From NCBI RefSeq assembly GCF_009914755.1, contig NC_060935.1: a stretch of 64,000 bases of DNA, one strand, 5' to 3'. This DNA is from the human T2T-CHM13v2.0 reference genome, Homo sapiens. The notes beneath the pieces were generated by a model. That model saw only the letters and a list, made by a program, of their open reading frames with translations. It searched no databases and was not told the DNA's origin. The translations under genes and the position numbers were made by a program. Each line of letters begins with the position of its first letter. The first letter of the stretch is position 1. Positions 40,705-54,289 of this stretch are shown here, piece after piece.

Positions 40705-40925
40705 GTGGCAGCTGACATTTCCTGGAGGCCTACAGGTGCCAGGTACTGTGCCAGATTGCTTTACTTCGTCATCTCATTTGAGCCTCACAAGACCCATTTC
40801 AAGTTGGTACTGTTAGGACATCCATTTTACAGATGAGGAGACTGAGTTTACTTGCCCAAGATCACCTAGCAAGTAAGAGACAGAGCTGCGCTGTGACCCC
40901 AGGGCTGCCTGACCCTGAAGCCCCT
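40705..40925 (-). mobile_element. MIR
   Basis: tgccaggtactgtgc...ccattttacagatgaggagactgag...cttgcccaagatcac. Confidence 0.78.
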
Positions 40926-42771
40926 GGTCTTAACCTCTGCGGCAAAGTTGTTTCCATCCCCTTTCCAGGCTGCCCATTTCTCCCAGCCCACAGCTCACGT
41001 GGTACAGATTGCACGTTTGCAGATGCTCACCCTGAAGCTTTGGAAGTCACGGTCTCAAAGGTGCACGTGGAAGAGCTGCCAACAGTCTATTTCCTGCACA
41101 CACCAAACTCGCAGGTCTTCTAATTACACCAAACAAACCTTTCTGTTTTCAAGCAGCTATGGGCTTAATATGGCAAATAGTTTCCCACCTGGACCTCTGG
41201 CATGGGAGGAGCCAGAAAAGACGAGTTTTGTTTTGTTTTGGTTTGTTTTTTTCCGGCAGGGAGGTGGTTCGTACTTAGAATAGGCATTAAGTGTGGCAGG
41301 CAATATTTCTGTTTTGAAAAGTGTGGCATCTTAAGGCTGCTGAATTTTGAGCCTGCAAATGTCAGTGCCGTAGTTGTAATGTAACACCTCAATTATGGTG
41401 CAGGGGGTAAGGAAGCCAGACTCTGAAACCTGCAAGGCTCTTTAGATCCACAGCCTGAGCCACAATTAAGGTTTCAGAAACACCAAAGGCAAGCCAATGA
41501 GTGTCATTTTTAACCAGTTTGAACATTTTACTACTTCCTAACATCAGAAGCACCCGGGCTAGAGAGCCCGCTTCTTGTCCTCAATAAAGTGATTAAGCTG
41601 AATGGGTGTTGGGGAGTATTATTAGGCTGAGAAGGGCTAAAAATAGACATGCTCTGTTTTCTAAAAGCCACAGCAGGCCTGGAGAGACTGGCAGCATCGA
41701 GGTGCCACTGAGGGGCCCAGGGGAGGGGAAGGGAGGGTGGCAGTCTCTGGAGCTCCGTGTCTGAGATGGGGATGGTGGGTGTTGTGACGGGTGGGTCAGG
41801 TGGTGGGGCCTCTTTCCCAGCTGTCACCAAGAGTGGAATCACAGTGGAAGCACATCCGTACCCGTATATGTGTATTAATGACTTTAAAGGAACTGACAAC
41901 TCTGGAGTCTCTAGGAGGGATGCCTAGGCCTAAAATTTACGTACTCAGCCCCAAGATAATTGAATTTACCTGCTGTTCTGGGAGAAGGAGTCCAATCTGG
42001 GCAGTGAGTAAAGGGCAGACTATAAGGGGCACAAGAAGAGGGACATGGGGAAGAGCAGAGGCCTTTACAGCCGAGAGTGAGGATCTGCTCGACAAGCCTT
42101 GATTAACTAGGATGCTCAGAGAAGATGTAATCAAAGGACTTTTTGGTGAACTGAAGGTTAACCAGGAAACCTTGTCTATATCGGCCTTTGTCGTTTGCTA
42201 TCATTCATCAATGTGAGAGTCCATTTTTCTACTTTCAGTGAATGCAACTGATTGTCTTTTTATGATAGAACATCTTGCTTGCTTAGAAGTCAAAAGGAGA
42301 ATGCCTAAGAAGGGAGTTAAGCATGGAGGTATATGCCTAGAGTTTTATTATAAGTCACTCTAGAAGATCGTTTGTACGTTTTCCTTCCTACATGTTTTCA
42401 TACCTTTGAACTCATTCCTCTCTATAATAGCTTTAAGTGCTGGGAGGGGCAAGGAACATGACTTCCACTTTGTAGATGGAGAAACAGGCCAAGAAAAGTA
42501 GGATCTTAGAATACACTGAGGTCTACGCAGAGGCAAGTCTAGACCCTGTGCTGCTCCCAGCCCAGGCTCTGTCGGATAGACAGTGTTGTTTCGTGCCTGG
42601 ACCAGGAGGTGAGAGTTTTTCTTAATAGGCAAAGGACTCAGAGAAGAGAGTTAGGTGGGCTTCCCATGCTGCCATTCTGACTGAGGTTTTTTTTTTTTTT
42701 CTTTTATGTTTACTAGCTATGAGACCTTGGGCAAGAGAACTAAGCTTTTTAAACTTCAGTTTGCATATCTA

Positions 42772-43011
<240 letters not shown>

Positions 43012-43834
43012 CTAGGTAATATTTCAACAAATGAAAGAAATAAAGCCTTTTAGAAGGCTCCTGATGCTGTCACAAATGTGATAATCATTGCACTCTTCAA
43101 GAAACCAATTGGCAGAGCTCTGTATGCAAGTTATCTGCTGACAATTGGCTGTAAGCTGTACAAGCCCTGTAGATGAGAGCTTCTCTTTTCCTGGAAACTC
43201 CACCAGGAAGCCGTGCCATAGACCCCAAAGACATCCAGGTCAAGCTGCAGGGAAGAGGCAGGGTTCAGTAGGCATAGAAGGCTGTCTAAGCTGGGCCCGT
43301 GCTCCCATCACAGGCAGTTTAGTGGAGAACCTGGGCTGGATGTTGACAGAACTGAGATGTTAGCTCAGCTACCCACTAGCTAAATCAGGAGCGTTAGCAG
43401 CTTAACTCTCTGAGCCTTGGTTTCTTCACCTGTTAAAGAGATGATGATACATCCTTCCTATCCTAAAAGCAGGACTTCAAAGTTGCACAACAGCAGTGAC
43501 ACCACTCACTCAGAAATGGGACTGTAAGGTTGTTGAAGGTTTAAACAAGATGATGCACATGAAGGTGCCCAGCACAGAAAGTGGAGCTCAACAGGCACAC
43601 AACACCAATACTTTCACTCCTTCCCTTCCAAGGAACCTACAAAGGCTGCCCTGCAATAAGGAGTCACAATGCTGCTGCTGCCATAGTGTTGACAGTCATC
43701 ACAATAAAAATACTAATAACATGTGTTGCCCATTCATTATGATGCAAGCATTGTGCTAACTACTTTACATGCAATATACCAGTTAATTCTCCCAACAACT
43801 CTAAGATTACCCCCCATTTTATACATGTGCAAAC

Positions 43835-43966
43835 TTTTTTTTTTTTTGGAGACAGAGTCTCTTTCTGTTGCCCAGGCTGGAGTGCAGTGGCGTGATTTCA
43901 GCTCAACGCAACCTCCTCTCCCGGGTTCAAATGATTCTCCTGCCTCAGCCTCCCGAGTAGCTGGGA
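43835..43966 (-). mobile_element. 3' half of an AluS (rest of right arm and poly-A), inverted
   Basis: Poly-T, gagacagagtct...cctcccgagtagctggga, then abrupt loss of homology. Confidence 0.93.
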
Positions 43967-44352
43967 GAGGACAGGGGATTCTGAGACCCAAGCAATGAAG
44001 GAATTATCAATATTGAGATGCCAAAGAGATCTCAGCATTGTGAGAGGACTCGGCATTCTCTTCAGTCAGTGGGAAATGAGAGAGGCAGGGACCAGCCTGG
44101 AGAAAGTGAGGGAAGCCAAGAATGCCATCGAGACTGAGGAATGCTGCCTCCTATTCCCTTTAAAATACCTCCAATGAGGTATGTCATTTGGCAGGAGTGT
44201 CAGGAGATGCTGGGGGACCGGGGCAGGGCCAGGTTATCAGCTTGAAATGGGTGGAGTAGGCACTTGGATCCCGGCCACCACCCTTGGAGGGGTCTTAGTC
44301 TTCTTTTTTCCATTGCCCAGCCAGTATTGTGAATCCTACTCAGGGGAGAGGG

Positions 44353-44405
44353 GTGTGTGTGTGTGTGTGTGTGTGCGTGCGTGTGTGTGTGTGTGTGTAT
44401 GTGTG
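44353..44405 (+). repeat. Interrupted (GT)n microsatellite
   Basis: Direct read, with GC and AT interruptions. Confidence 0.93.
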
Positions 44406-45652
44406 AAATCCTCCATGCCATATTTAGGGTGGGGGCCTGTGACGGAGCATTCTGAAGTTGCTTCAGAAGAAAGGAGCAGAATAGATGAGGATGAGAGGAG
44501 ACCGAAGGCTCAGATCACAGGCTGAGCTTTGGGACTGCTGGGGGCCAACAGAAACTTCTCTTTTCATTCTGAACTTCTCTCCTGAGAATCCCCAAGGGGA
44601 GACCTGGGAGGAGGGTGATTGTTGGTGTTTAGGAGTTGCGGAGATGTCCCATAAAATCATGGCAGAAACCCTTACTCTTATATCCCTGGCTTTATTATCC
44701 AGCCTCTCACAAATGCCAAGGTTGCAAAGCTATCTATCTCTCTTAAACAAAACAAAGTTATGAACACTTGAAAGCCCAGGTATTCCCTGGAACTCGGGTC
44801 AGTCTTTGGCACAGCCGCACTGACCCAGCCTGACTCTGGCTAATGATTCTCCCAATGTCTGGACTCTCTGTTCCATTCTACCTGCCTGATAGAGCAGAAT
44901 ATTCACCTTGAGAAGGATTCTGCTGGCTGAACCGGGGAACCCAGCCCTCGCTTGGTCTCAACAGCACCTTCCAAACACCAAGGGTTGTATGCATTTGAGC
45001 TCTCGTGTACGGCCACGTTTAACTTTCTTTGCCATGAGCGCCCAGCTTCTCATGAACACCTGTTCATCCTTTCTCCCTTAGAGATGTCCCAGTTTAAAAC
45101 TTGTCATTTCAAGATGGAGAGATAAAGGGATTCACCAAGGGTTACACAGCTCAGGCAGTGACAGTCAGGACCGCAAGTCAGTTTCTTTTGGTACTTTGGA
45201 AAATCTTGGGTGCGCTGGCCAGCAGAACCCTCCTTGAGCCAGTTATCTACCCTGTCTTACCTAAGGGTGGTCCTGTCTCCCATTCCAGATAGCATAATAT
45301 CATGTATACGAGAGCCTTAGAGAACATAGTGTCTCATTTATGCAGGCCATTTACTTATTGCGATTGGGCTTCTCCCAGAGCTGTGGGACTGGAAATACTA
45401 TGGGCTGCATACCCTGTAGGCTGTGGCCAGGAGCTGTCCTCCTGGAGCTCATCAGCTTGATGAAGTGAAATTATTCTATAATCATGATAATGACTGTGAC
45501 TTGAGCACCTGCTATGTGCCAGGTACTTCATATAGTTTCTTGTTTAAGCTATCATATGAGGATGAATAGCTACATTTTCAGGAGGGAAGTGAGGCTGCGA
45601 AGTTGATGCTGGTACCGTACCGGTAGAACCTTAAAGCCGTCTCTGGATTTGA

Positions 45653-45925
<273 letters not shown>

Positions 45926-46182
45926 CGGGACTTCATTTTGAGGGGGCCTGACCGTTAACCTCCGAGAGATCTCTCAGTTGGCAAAGCATGTCTGGAAGGA
46001 AGTCTGGTTCATCACAGCAGGGACTGACATTCCTGTAGTAAGAGAGATTTTGTGCCCTTGTGCTGACTACCACAATACCATGATTGCTCAGTCATAGAAG
46101 TTGCCAGGAGAAGAAAGAGATTAGAAGCAATGGTAAGGTGAACCCCTGAGTCACTACTCTTAGACTTCAGGAATATTTGTAA

Positions 46183-46253
46183 TTTTTTTTGGAGACAGAG
46201 TATCACTCCGTCACCCAGGCTGGGGTTACAGGCACAAGCTATTGCACCTGGCC
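46183..46253 (-). mobile_element. Internally deleted Alu with both termini fused
   Basis: Poly-T + gagacagagtatcactccgtcacccagGCTGG joined directly to ggttacaggcacaagctattgcacctggcc. Confidence 0.85.
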
Positions 46254-46639
46254 TGTATTTTTAAAAAATCTGCAACAAATTTACTATCCTACTTGCATTT
46301 TATTTAAAATAATTCACTCATGTATTTTTAAAAACATAAATCATCTCAAACTGGTTTGCATTCCCTGGTTCCCTTCTGGGTAGGCAGTAGGAGGGTAATA
46401 ATACCATTAAACATTGGCCATGAGTGATGATGGGAGCAGACGGTAGGGGTGTCATTTCCTTGATCTCCTCCTGGGGAAGAATGATCTGACCCCATCTTTA
46501 CTGGTGTGTTTTGGCTGGAGAGGTAAGAATATTTTAAATTGCGTGATATATCTCTTGCATGCATTTGATGTTTGTGTGTGTCTTATACCTTGCTATTATT
46601 TTATCTCCTGATGACAATGATGATGTTGGTCTTAATGAC

Positions 46640-46885
46640 AACTAGCATTTATTGGGCTATTATTGTATGCCAGACAGGGTATTAAACACTTTACATATAT
46701 TATTTAAATTAATCATCCCTCAACCAACCCTGTGGCATAAACACTCTGAGCCCAGTTTTCTAGGTAAGAAACAGGCCCAGAAGAGATAATTCACTTCTTC
46801 AGGGTGGTAGCTAGACATGGTAGAACTGGGACTTGAACCAGAGTTTGTTTGATTCCAGAGAGCGTGCTCTTCACTACCTTACTGT
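46640..46885 (-). mobile_element. MIR
   Basis: catttattgggc...tatgccagac...ctttacatatattatt...ggacttgaaccagag. Confidence 0.7.
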
Positions 46886-47642
46886 GCAGCTTAATATTGA
46901 GTGCATGTGTGTGTTCTGGCTGTGGACAGTGTTTCTAAGCCTGTTGGATTACCCGCTGGTGCTAAAAGGGGTAACAAAAGAGCTTTCCAAGCCACTCTGG
47001 CTGAGAATTGAGTTGCAGGGATAAGGGACAAGGTAGACCTGTGTGCTCCCTGTGGGACTTGAGAGAGGGACTGCAGGATCCCAGTAAGAGACAAGGGCAC
47101 CATGCAGCTTCCTAGTAGCATCACATTTATTAGGTAGGATAAGAAATGTTCCCTCAGCCATAGAGATGTCTCAGCATTTCCTCCTGACCCAGTCCAGGGT
47201 TTCCTCTTCTGCAGAGTGGATATTTAGCCACACATGAGGTGTCAGTCATTTGCCAGGTCACTGGTGGGACACTGGCTTTTGGAGATCTAAAAACCACCTG
47301 TCCTCCATCCCAGGTGACTCCCGTTGTTCTGTTGCTCAGCCCAGGAGAATTCCCTGGTGTCTTTCTCCATCCTATATTTATGTGGGGTCCTGTATCATTA
47401 GTTCATTCACCCTCCCATCTTGTAGTGAGTGAGGCCGAACTCTGAGGATCTTTCCCCACAGCCTTGTCAACCACAGCTACCCTTGAACCATATCCTGGAC
47501 CTATCAATGGGGCTGGTTGTTTTCCTTTCAGCCAGGATTTGCTCACCTGCTTTCCCTTTTCCCTCTTCCCTGAATCTGTGTATCTTCCAGAAACTCTGGT
47601 TCTGGATCAGCTTTTTGTTTTGTTGACAAAGGAGAAAGAGCA

Positions 47643-47674
47643 AGAGAGAGAGCTAGAGAGAGAGAGAGAGAGAG
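47643..47674 (+). repeat. Interrupted (AG)n repeat
   Basis: Direct read. Confidence 0.9.
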
Positions 47675-47716
47675 CCTTCAAGCTCCTCTCTGGGAGTACA
47701 CATCTCCTTGAGGGAA

Positions 47717-47943
47717 AGAACACACAGTGCCGGCCTTTGGAATTGGCAGCCAGTGTGCTGTTCTCCGTCTGATAAGAGGTACTGTAAATAAAACTGTACA
47801 CCATGGCCTGTTGTAAAATGCCCTGCGTCTGTACTCATTGTTCTGACAGCTTATGCTTTTTTTGGGTCTGCTGTTTTGGTACACTCTGTACTTCCTTATG
47901 TAAGCAGGCGTGCAGATCTCATCAGAACATTCAAGATGTTTAT
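47717..47943. promoter_or_regulatory. Candidate steroid-responsive intronic enhancer (clustered GRE/ARE with FOX, GATA and D-box motifs)
   Basis: AGAACAcacAGTGCC 47717; TGATAAG 47770; GTAAATA 47784; TGTACAccaTGGCCT 47795; TGTACTcatTGTTCT 47830; GGTACActcTGTACT 47878; TTATGTAA 47896; TGTTTAT 47937. Confidence 0.72.
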
Positions 47944-50374
47944 TTTAAAATCTCAAGGAATTTTGAAAAAAAGGACACACCACTCAACATTAGATGCTGG
48001 CAAACATTAGGTGTTTTTTCAGTGGTTCTTTTTTTTCTCCCTTCTTATTATTAGCATGGGGGTGGGAGAGGCTTTGGAGAGGGAGGGATTTGAATTTTTT
48101 TTTTCTTCCCTCATTGGCTTCTGCCTTATTTCCTTCAGAGAGACACCACCCCATATCTGATTGCATTCAGTGTCTTCTGCTTCCTTCCTGGATGCCGGGA
48201 CCCCCTCAGCCTCATTTCTGGTTAGGGCAGGTAGGGAGGGAGGTTCTTTGACAAGGGGGAGAGGGCAGCTGCAGGGAGCTTGTCATGGCTTCCACTGGAT
48301 TTCAGCTTTATTGTCATTGGGATCCTGGGCATTTAGAGAAAGCTTTATGTTTTTGAAAGTGCCCTGCTGGCTGTTCCCTCCTTTGATTCCTGTGAGTTGG
48401 GGTGATCCTTGGCACAGAGGGAGAGCTGCTCCCACACACGGAGGCCTCAGTCCCGCCTCTGGCATGTGCGTCCTGTCTTTCCACCGAACTTTAACTGGCT
48501 TTGAACCTTCCTCCTTCCTTTATCCCCAACCTTCTGGAGGTGTCGGGAAGTCAGGGAAAAAGGGGAGAAGAGTAGGAGTCTGGAGAACCCAAAATGGTCA
48601 GGGAGCTCCCTACAGGGTGGTGCTTAGAACATCCCGAAGCCCTCATCTGCAGGGTACCTGGGAGACTGGTAGGGGCAAGGATGTCCGCCTGTCTCTTTCA
48701 CAACTGGGTACCTGGAATCTCAGATAAACTCAGTGCCTGGGGTAGGGAGTAGTCACTCGGCAGATCACTGCCTGGGGGGCAGGAGGCTCACTGACTGTAG
48801 CGGAGGGAAGGGTTGTTTGTTGGCTGCCACAGTGAGCATTGGACTGGGTTGGGAGCAGACATGCTGATGAGAGGGAGATCTCACACCAGAAGAAGCAAAC
48901 AGCCCCACTTCCTAACCTTTCCTCCCTTTTCCTCTCAACTACCTGAGACCTAGCCAGAGACCATGTCCTTGAGTTTTAAATAGGGGGTAGTAGAGAACGG
49001 AGTGTGCAGAATAAGGACTCTGCCACCCCCTAGGGGACAGACAGCTTGGCAGTGCCCTGAGTGGCCATTGCGCCCTTCCCAGGTGAGTTCTGCACCCAGG
49101 AACCTGCCTGGGACTTTCTTTGTTTAACAAGCATTTAGTGGGCACAGACTGTATGCCAGGCATGGCGCAGGGTATCAGGGATATGGTAAAGCCCAAGACA
49201 GGTGGGAACCTGCTCTCACAGAGCTTACAGTCCACTGGGAAGATGGAAGAGAGCTCCAAATACAGGACAGTTGAATGGGGCTCCAGGGGCTTGTCCAGAG
49301 AAGATTTCAGAGCCAGGTTGGTGAATAGCTGCTGATACTGACATATTGGTTCGATGGCAGATTTTTCTGCTCCCCTCAACAAAACAATCACTCATCTTTA
49401 AATTAGAGGAACAAGGTGGGGTGTGCATGTGTGCGTTCATGTATGTGCACGTGTGGTACTGTGTGTCTTTATGAATGTGAGACTCACTTTACACAAGATA
49501 AATGGCCCCCAAATAACTGTACATCCAATTCCAGTAAAATCAGTCATACTTTAATTGCATGAAGGGAGCTCTTTCTTTAAAGGAAAAGTGACTGGAGAAG
49601 ATGGTAGCTGCGACTTACTGGTTCTGTATATCTACCCACCAGCTGTAGGATGGAGCACTTTCCCCACCTTGTCGCAACTCTCCAAGGGACCTCCCCTTAC
49701 TGCTTCCATTTTACAGCTGAGGCAACAGGCTCCCTGAGACTGGCAGCTTGCTGAGGGTCACAGCTGGCGACTAGCTTGCCTGGGATTTGACCTCTGATCT
49801 GTCTGACCCAAATGTTGAGTTCTTAACCACACTGCACTGCCTCCTGAGGTATAAATGGCACCAAGGACCTCTGCTATCCACAGAATGTTTTGTGATTGAC
49901 AAGGAGTTTTGTATTCACTTATGTCTATTATCCTGTTTGCTCCTCACAGCAGCCTCAGGGAGGCAGACAGATAGGCTTATGCCCATTTTACAGATTGGGA
50001 AATCAGTTCATCAAGGTGTGATGACTAGTGTGATGCCCACAGCTGTGAGTGGCCAAGTTAGGCGTGGGATCTCGTGCCTGCACCTCTAGATCCTGCTATT
50101 TTTCTCGGTTTGCTTGGATCTGTGATTGCTGTGGTTAGCAAGGGTCTAGCGCACTTTATCTTCTGCTATTCTCCCTCTGCTATTTAATTTCTTTCCCGCA
50201 ATCTATCCCTTAACTTCCCCCAGCCCCGCATCTCCCACCTCCATGTCACTCCATCCCGTGCAGCTGGCCTCCTTGCTCCTCTTGCCTTGCCTGGCGAGGG
50301 TGTTCTCACGTGGTGGCCTTGCTCTATGCAGATGTCAGTGCATCAGCAAGGGCCTCCCTGACTACGCTGTGTAA

Positions 50375-50723
<349 letters not shown>

Positions 50724-52934
50724 CTCTTCATTTAATTTATTTCTCTTTTTATCACTTATCACCACCTGGCCTGTTTTGTATTTACTCGCTCTTTAAAAAT
50801 CTGCCCTCCCATCTTGAACATAAACTCCCTGAGGGCAGGGATTTCGTCTCTTTTGTTTATTTCCTGTAATCCACCTCTCGGCATATAGCTACTGGACATT
50901 CAAAAACCAGCCCCCGTGTGTAGGAAGGATATGGCAAGTCATGGCCATCCCAGAGCTGTGTCCCTGGAGTTCTCCCTACTCCAGGTTGAGCCCCAGGAAA
51001 TTTTGTGGGTGTAAATGCTGCTGCTAGGTCCATGCGCACCCGCTGTGTTCAGCTGGCGTGACCTTCTTCCCTCCCACTTCGCCCCCTCCCATTGATGCTT
51101 TATAAATGTATTAGTGGCTGCATGATGTCACCGTAATGCATTTTGGGAATAGCCATGTGGTTTATACACACTTGAGTTGCTTTGAATGCAAACCTGACAT
51201 CATACTGAAGGCAGCAGTGAACAACATATGCACAGTAAACAGGCAGAGACTGTCTTATTGATTAACAGATGAGGCCTCTATTATCGATCAAAGCTTGGCG
51301 AGGAAATTTATCACTTTTAATTTCAGGGCTGCCAAATATTTCTGCCTCTGAGCCAGCCATTACAGAGACCATTTAAAGGCACAAGCCTCCTCAGGAGAGA
51401 GGATTTTGTCTGTCTCGCTCGGCTCCGCTCACGTGTCCATGGAACTGCCTGTCTTTGCTCTCACCCTGGAGAGCTGGGGGGGAAGTCAGAGCCTGTCCGG
51501 GTGGGCGTGGGAGTACTGGGGCTTCGTGAGTGGGGGCTAGCAATGGGAGCTGACGTTTGTGTTATCCACGTGTAAGGAGGGACCTGGCCCAGAGTCACTG
51601 AGGACAGGGGCTTTCACATGCTCAGCTCAGTGTCGTGACTTCAGCGAGGTGGGGGTGGAGTGGCGGGACTTTGAAGGCAAGCAGATGTGGTCAGGCTTGG
51701 GCCGAGGCAGCCGCCTTTACTGATCATGTGTGCTTATCTGTCTTCATCTTCCTCTGCACTTGTCTGATGGTACACATCCGGCCCTTTATTTCCTACCTGG
51801 CCTCCTTCCTTTCTCTCTGCTTCTCAGTCATTAAAGCGAGAAGCTCCTCTAGCCCACAGTGATGGCTGTTTTCTAAGAACCCTCCGCGCCACATCCCTTG
51901 GAAGCCTGTGGCATGGTGGGCTTCTCGCCGATTGGAGTGCCCTCCCCTTCCCAGCTGGTGCTTCCCTCCTCGGGCCTTTGCTTCCCCTTTCTCCTTTAGG
52001 GAGCTGTGAGAGCGGATAGAACCCAAGGAAGAAATACAATTAAAATCAGATTCCTTACAGATCCACAGAAAATCATTGATGGCTGATGATTTGGGACTGG
52101 GGGCAGTTTCTAATTGTGAGGGAGCTGTGACTTCATCCAGCCGCAGCTTTCCCATCCAGGCCCACTCTGCTCTTGGAGGTGCTTTCTGCATTTCCAGTGT
52201 AAATGGATGAAAGGTAGTCTTGGCTGCTACCCCTGTGAACACATGTCATGACTGCTTTGCTGTCACTGGGGGCTAGAAGTTTTCTTGGCTCTTTCTTCAA
52301 AGCTCTCTTAAGCCGTGTACCAGGTGCTTGGCCTGAGGATGCCCTGTGGCGTGAAGGGACACCCAGAGGTCACCATGGGATTCTCCCTGCCTCCAGGTGA
52401 AATTCAACCCCAGCCACCTAAGGCAAATGACAATATTTATTTTTAAAGCTCTTCAGTAAAAGTGAGTTCATATCTTCCATGGGGTACTTTATCACCCACT
52501 TATCCAGCCAGTCGACTCACATTTATTGAGCACCTACTAGAGTATATCCTGCTCATCAGTAGAAGATAGGTGTCAGTGAGATAGAGAAAGTCGATACCCC
52601 CAGAGGACCCCACATTCTAGACCTCCTCTAGGGTCCTCATATTCTTCACTGCAAGAAGCATTCATTGGTATTGAAGTCTGTGCTGGAACAGCTTGTATTT
52701 GGAGTTACATTCCTTCAGTATGTGCTGATTCTCCAAGGCAGAGGTTTTCAAATTTCTAGAAAAGTAGTGGAGTCATTTTTCCAACCCCAAAGCCCTGATG
52801 TGTAAAATAGGTAAATTGAATTTTCATTCAGAGATGGGAGCTCAGACCCCACCCATGGAGTCTTATCCACAAAACATCTTTGCAGATGGAACCCCAGGGA
52901 GGCCGAAGGGTACGGGGATTACTCTGAAATCAGG

Positions 52935-53150
52935 CTCTGAAATCAGGCTGCCTGTGTTTGAATTCACCTTTACTATGTCAACCACTGTGTGGCATTGGGC
53001 AAAGTGCTTAACCTCTCTGAGCTTGAATTTACTCATCTGCTACCTGGAGGTAATGCTAGCATGTACTATAAATGGTGGTTGTTGGGACAAACCATACATA
53101 CTAAGCATTTAGTGTCATGCCTGGCATATAGTCAAGCCTCAGGAAATCTG
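52935..53150 (+). mobile_element. MIR
   Basis: ctgtgtggcattgggcaaagtgcttaacctctctgagc...tgcctggcatatag. Confidence 0.7.
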
Positions 53151-53263
53151 AGGTGATTTGAAACAGCACTGTGGGCTACAAATTTGTGTAACAAGTAGTT
53201 CTGGCTCGTACGAGGCTCCAATACAAAACTAAAACACAGGCATATTTAAAGAAGAGCTAAGAT

Positions 53264-53605
53264 GACCAGACACAGTGGCTCACACCTGGAATCCCCCAGC
53301 ACTTTGGGAGACCAAGGTGGGAGGATCGCTTGAGCCCAGGAGCTCAAGACCAACCTGGGAAACACAGTGAGACCTCATCTCTTTAAAATAAATAAATAAA
53401 TAAAATAAAATAAAATAAACAAAAAAACAGAATTAGTCAGGCATGGTGGCGTGCACCTGTTGTCCCAGCTACTCAGGAGGCTGAGGTGGGAGGATCGCTT
53501 GAAACTAGGAGGTTGAGGCTGCCATTAAGCTATGACTGCACCACTGTACTCCAGCCTTGGTGACAGACAGAGACCCTATCTCAAAAACAATGACAACAAC
53601 AACAA
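53264..53605 (+). mobile_element. AluJ with expanded (TAAA)n linker
   Basis: ggaggatcgcttgagcccagg and ...gaggctgcc are J-type features. TSD-like aagagctaaga / aagcgctaaga. Confidence 0.93.
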
Positions 53606-54289
53606 AGCGCTAAGACGTGTTGAAAGGAACAGAGTGCAGTGGCAGATTGGAAAGGACAGAAGAGTAAGGGACTTGAGTGCTTGATGTCCACAAACTGTGG
53701 CCTTGAAAATGAAGTGGGATTCGAACAGATGGAAGAATGGGACTGAGCATTGCTCAGGCACAGAGACTCTGGGAAGGTAAGTGGTGCCCAGAGAGGGCCG
53801 GTGAGGACAGCTTACCTATGGAGGTGGGTGGCTAACTGGGACAGGTTATGGAAGGCCTTGAAGCCAAGTAGAGGAATTTAGAATCAGTACACATTGGGAG
53901 GCGTTGTATCTTCTTGAGTAAGAACGTGTGAGGAATCAGGTGGCTGTAGAGGAACCTGCATCTGTTGAGTAGATTGCGGGTGGCTGGTGGTGTGGAAACC
54001 ACCTTGCGTCTTACAGTGTTCTGAGTGTGACGCAGCAAGGGCCTGAATGGGGTGGTGATTGCAGTGGAATCACTGCACCCAACGCAGTGGAAGAATGCAT
54101 CTACCAGACATCTTGAAGGAAAAATGCCAAGACTTGTGACAGCTGACCCCTGGATCAGATAATATAGTAGAGCCATGAAGACTATTAGCCAGTGATAAAA
54201 AGTACTGTTTCATCTTGACATGGTGGCATTATCACTTTAAGCCTTCTAAATAACAGTTCTGAGAAAGTTTATTAAATTGAGTTGCACTG

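Noticed and set aside
45053-45068. ATGAACA-cc-TGTTCAT palindrome (also GGCACA-gg-TGTTCC near 2119) as GREs
   Set aside because: The spacer is 2 bp; steroid receptor dimers require 3 bp.
48161-48727. 188-aa ORF
   Set aside because: Non-ATG start, GC-rich intronic DNA, no homology I recognise.
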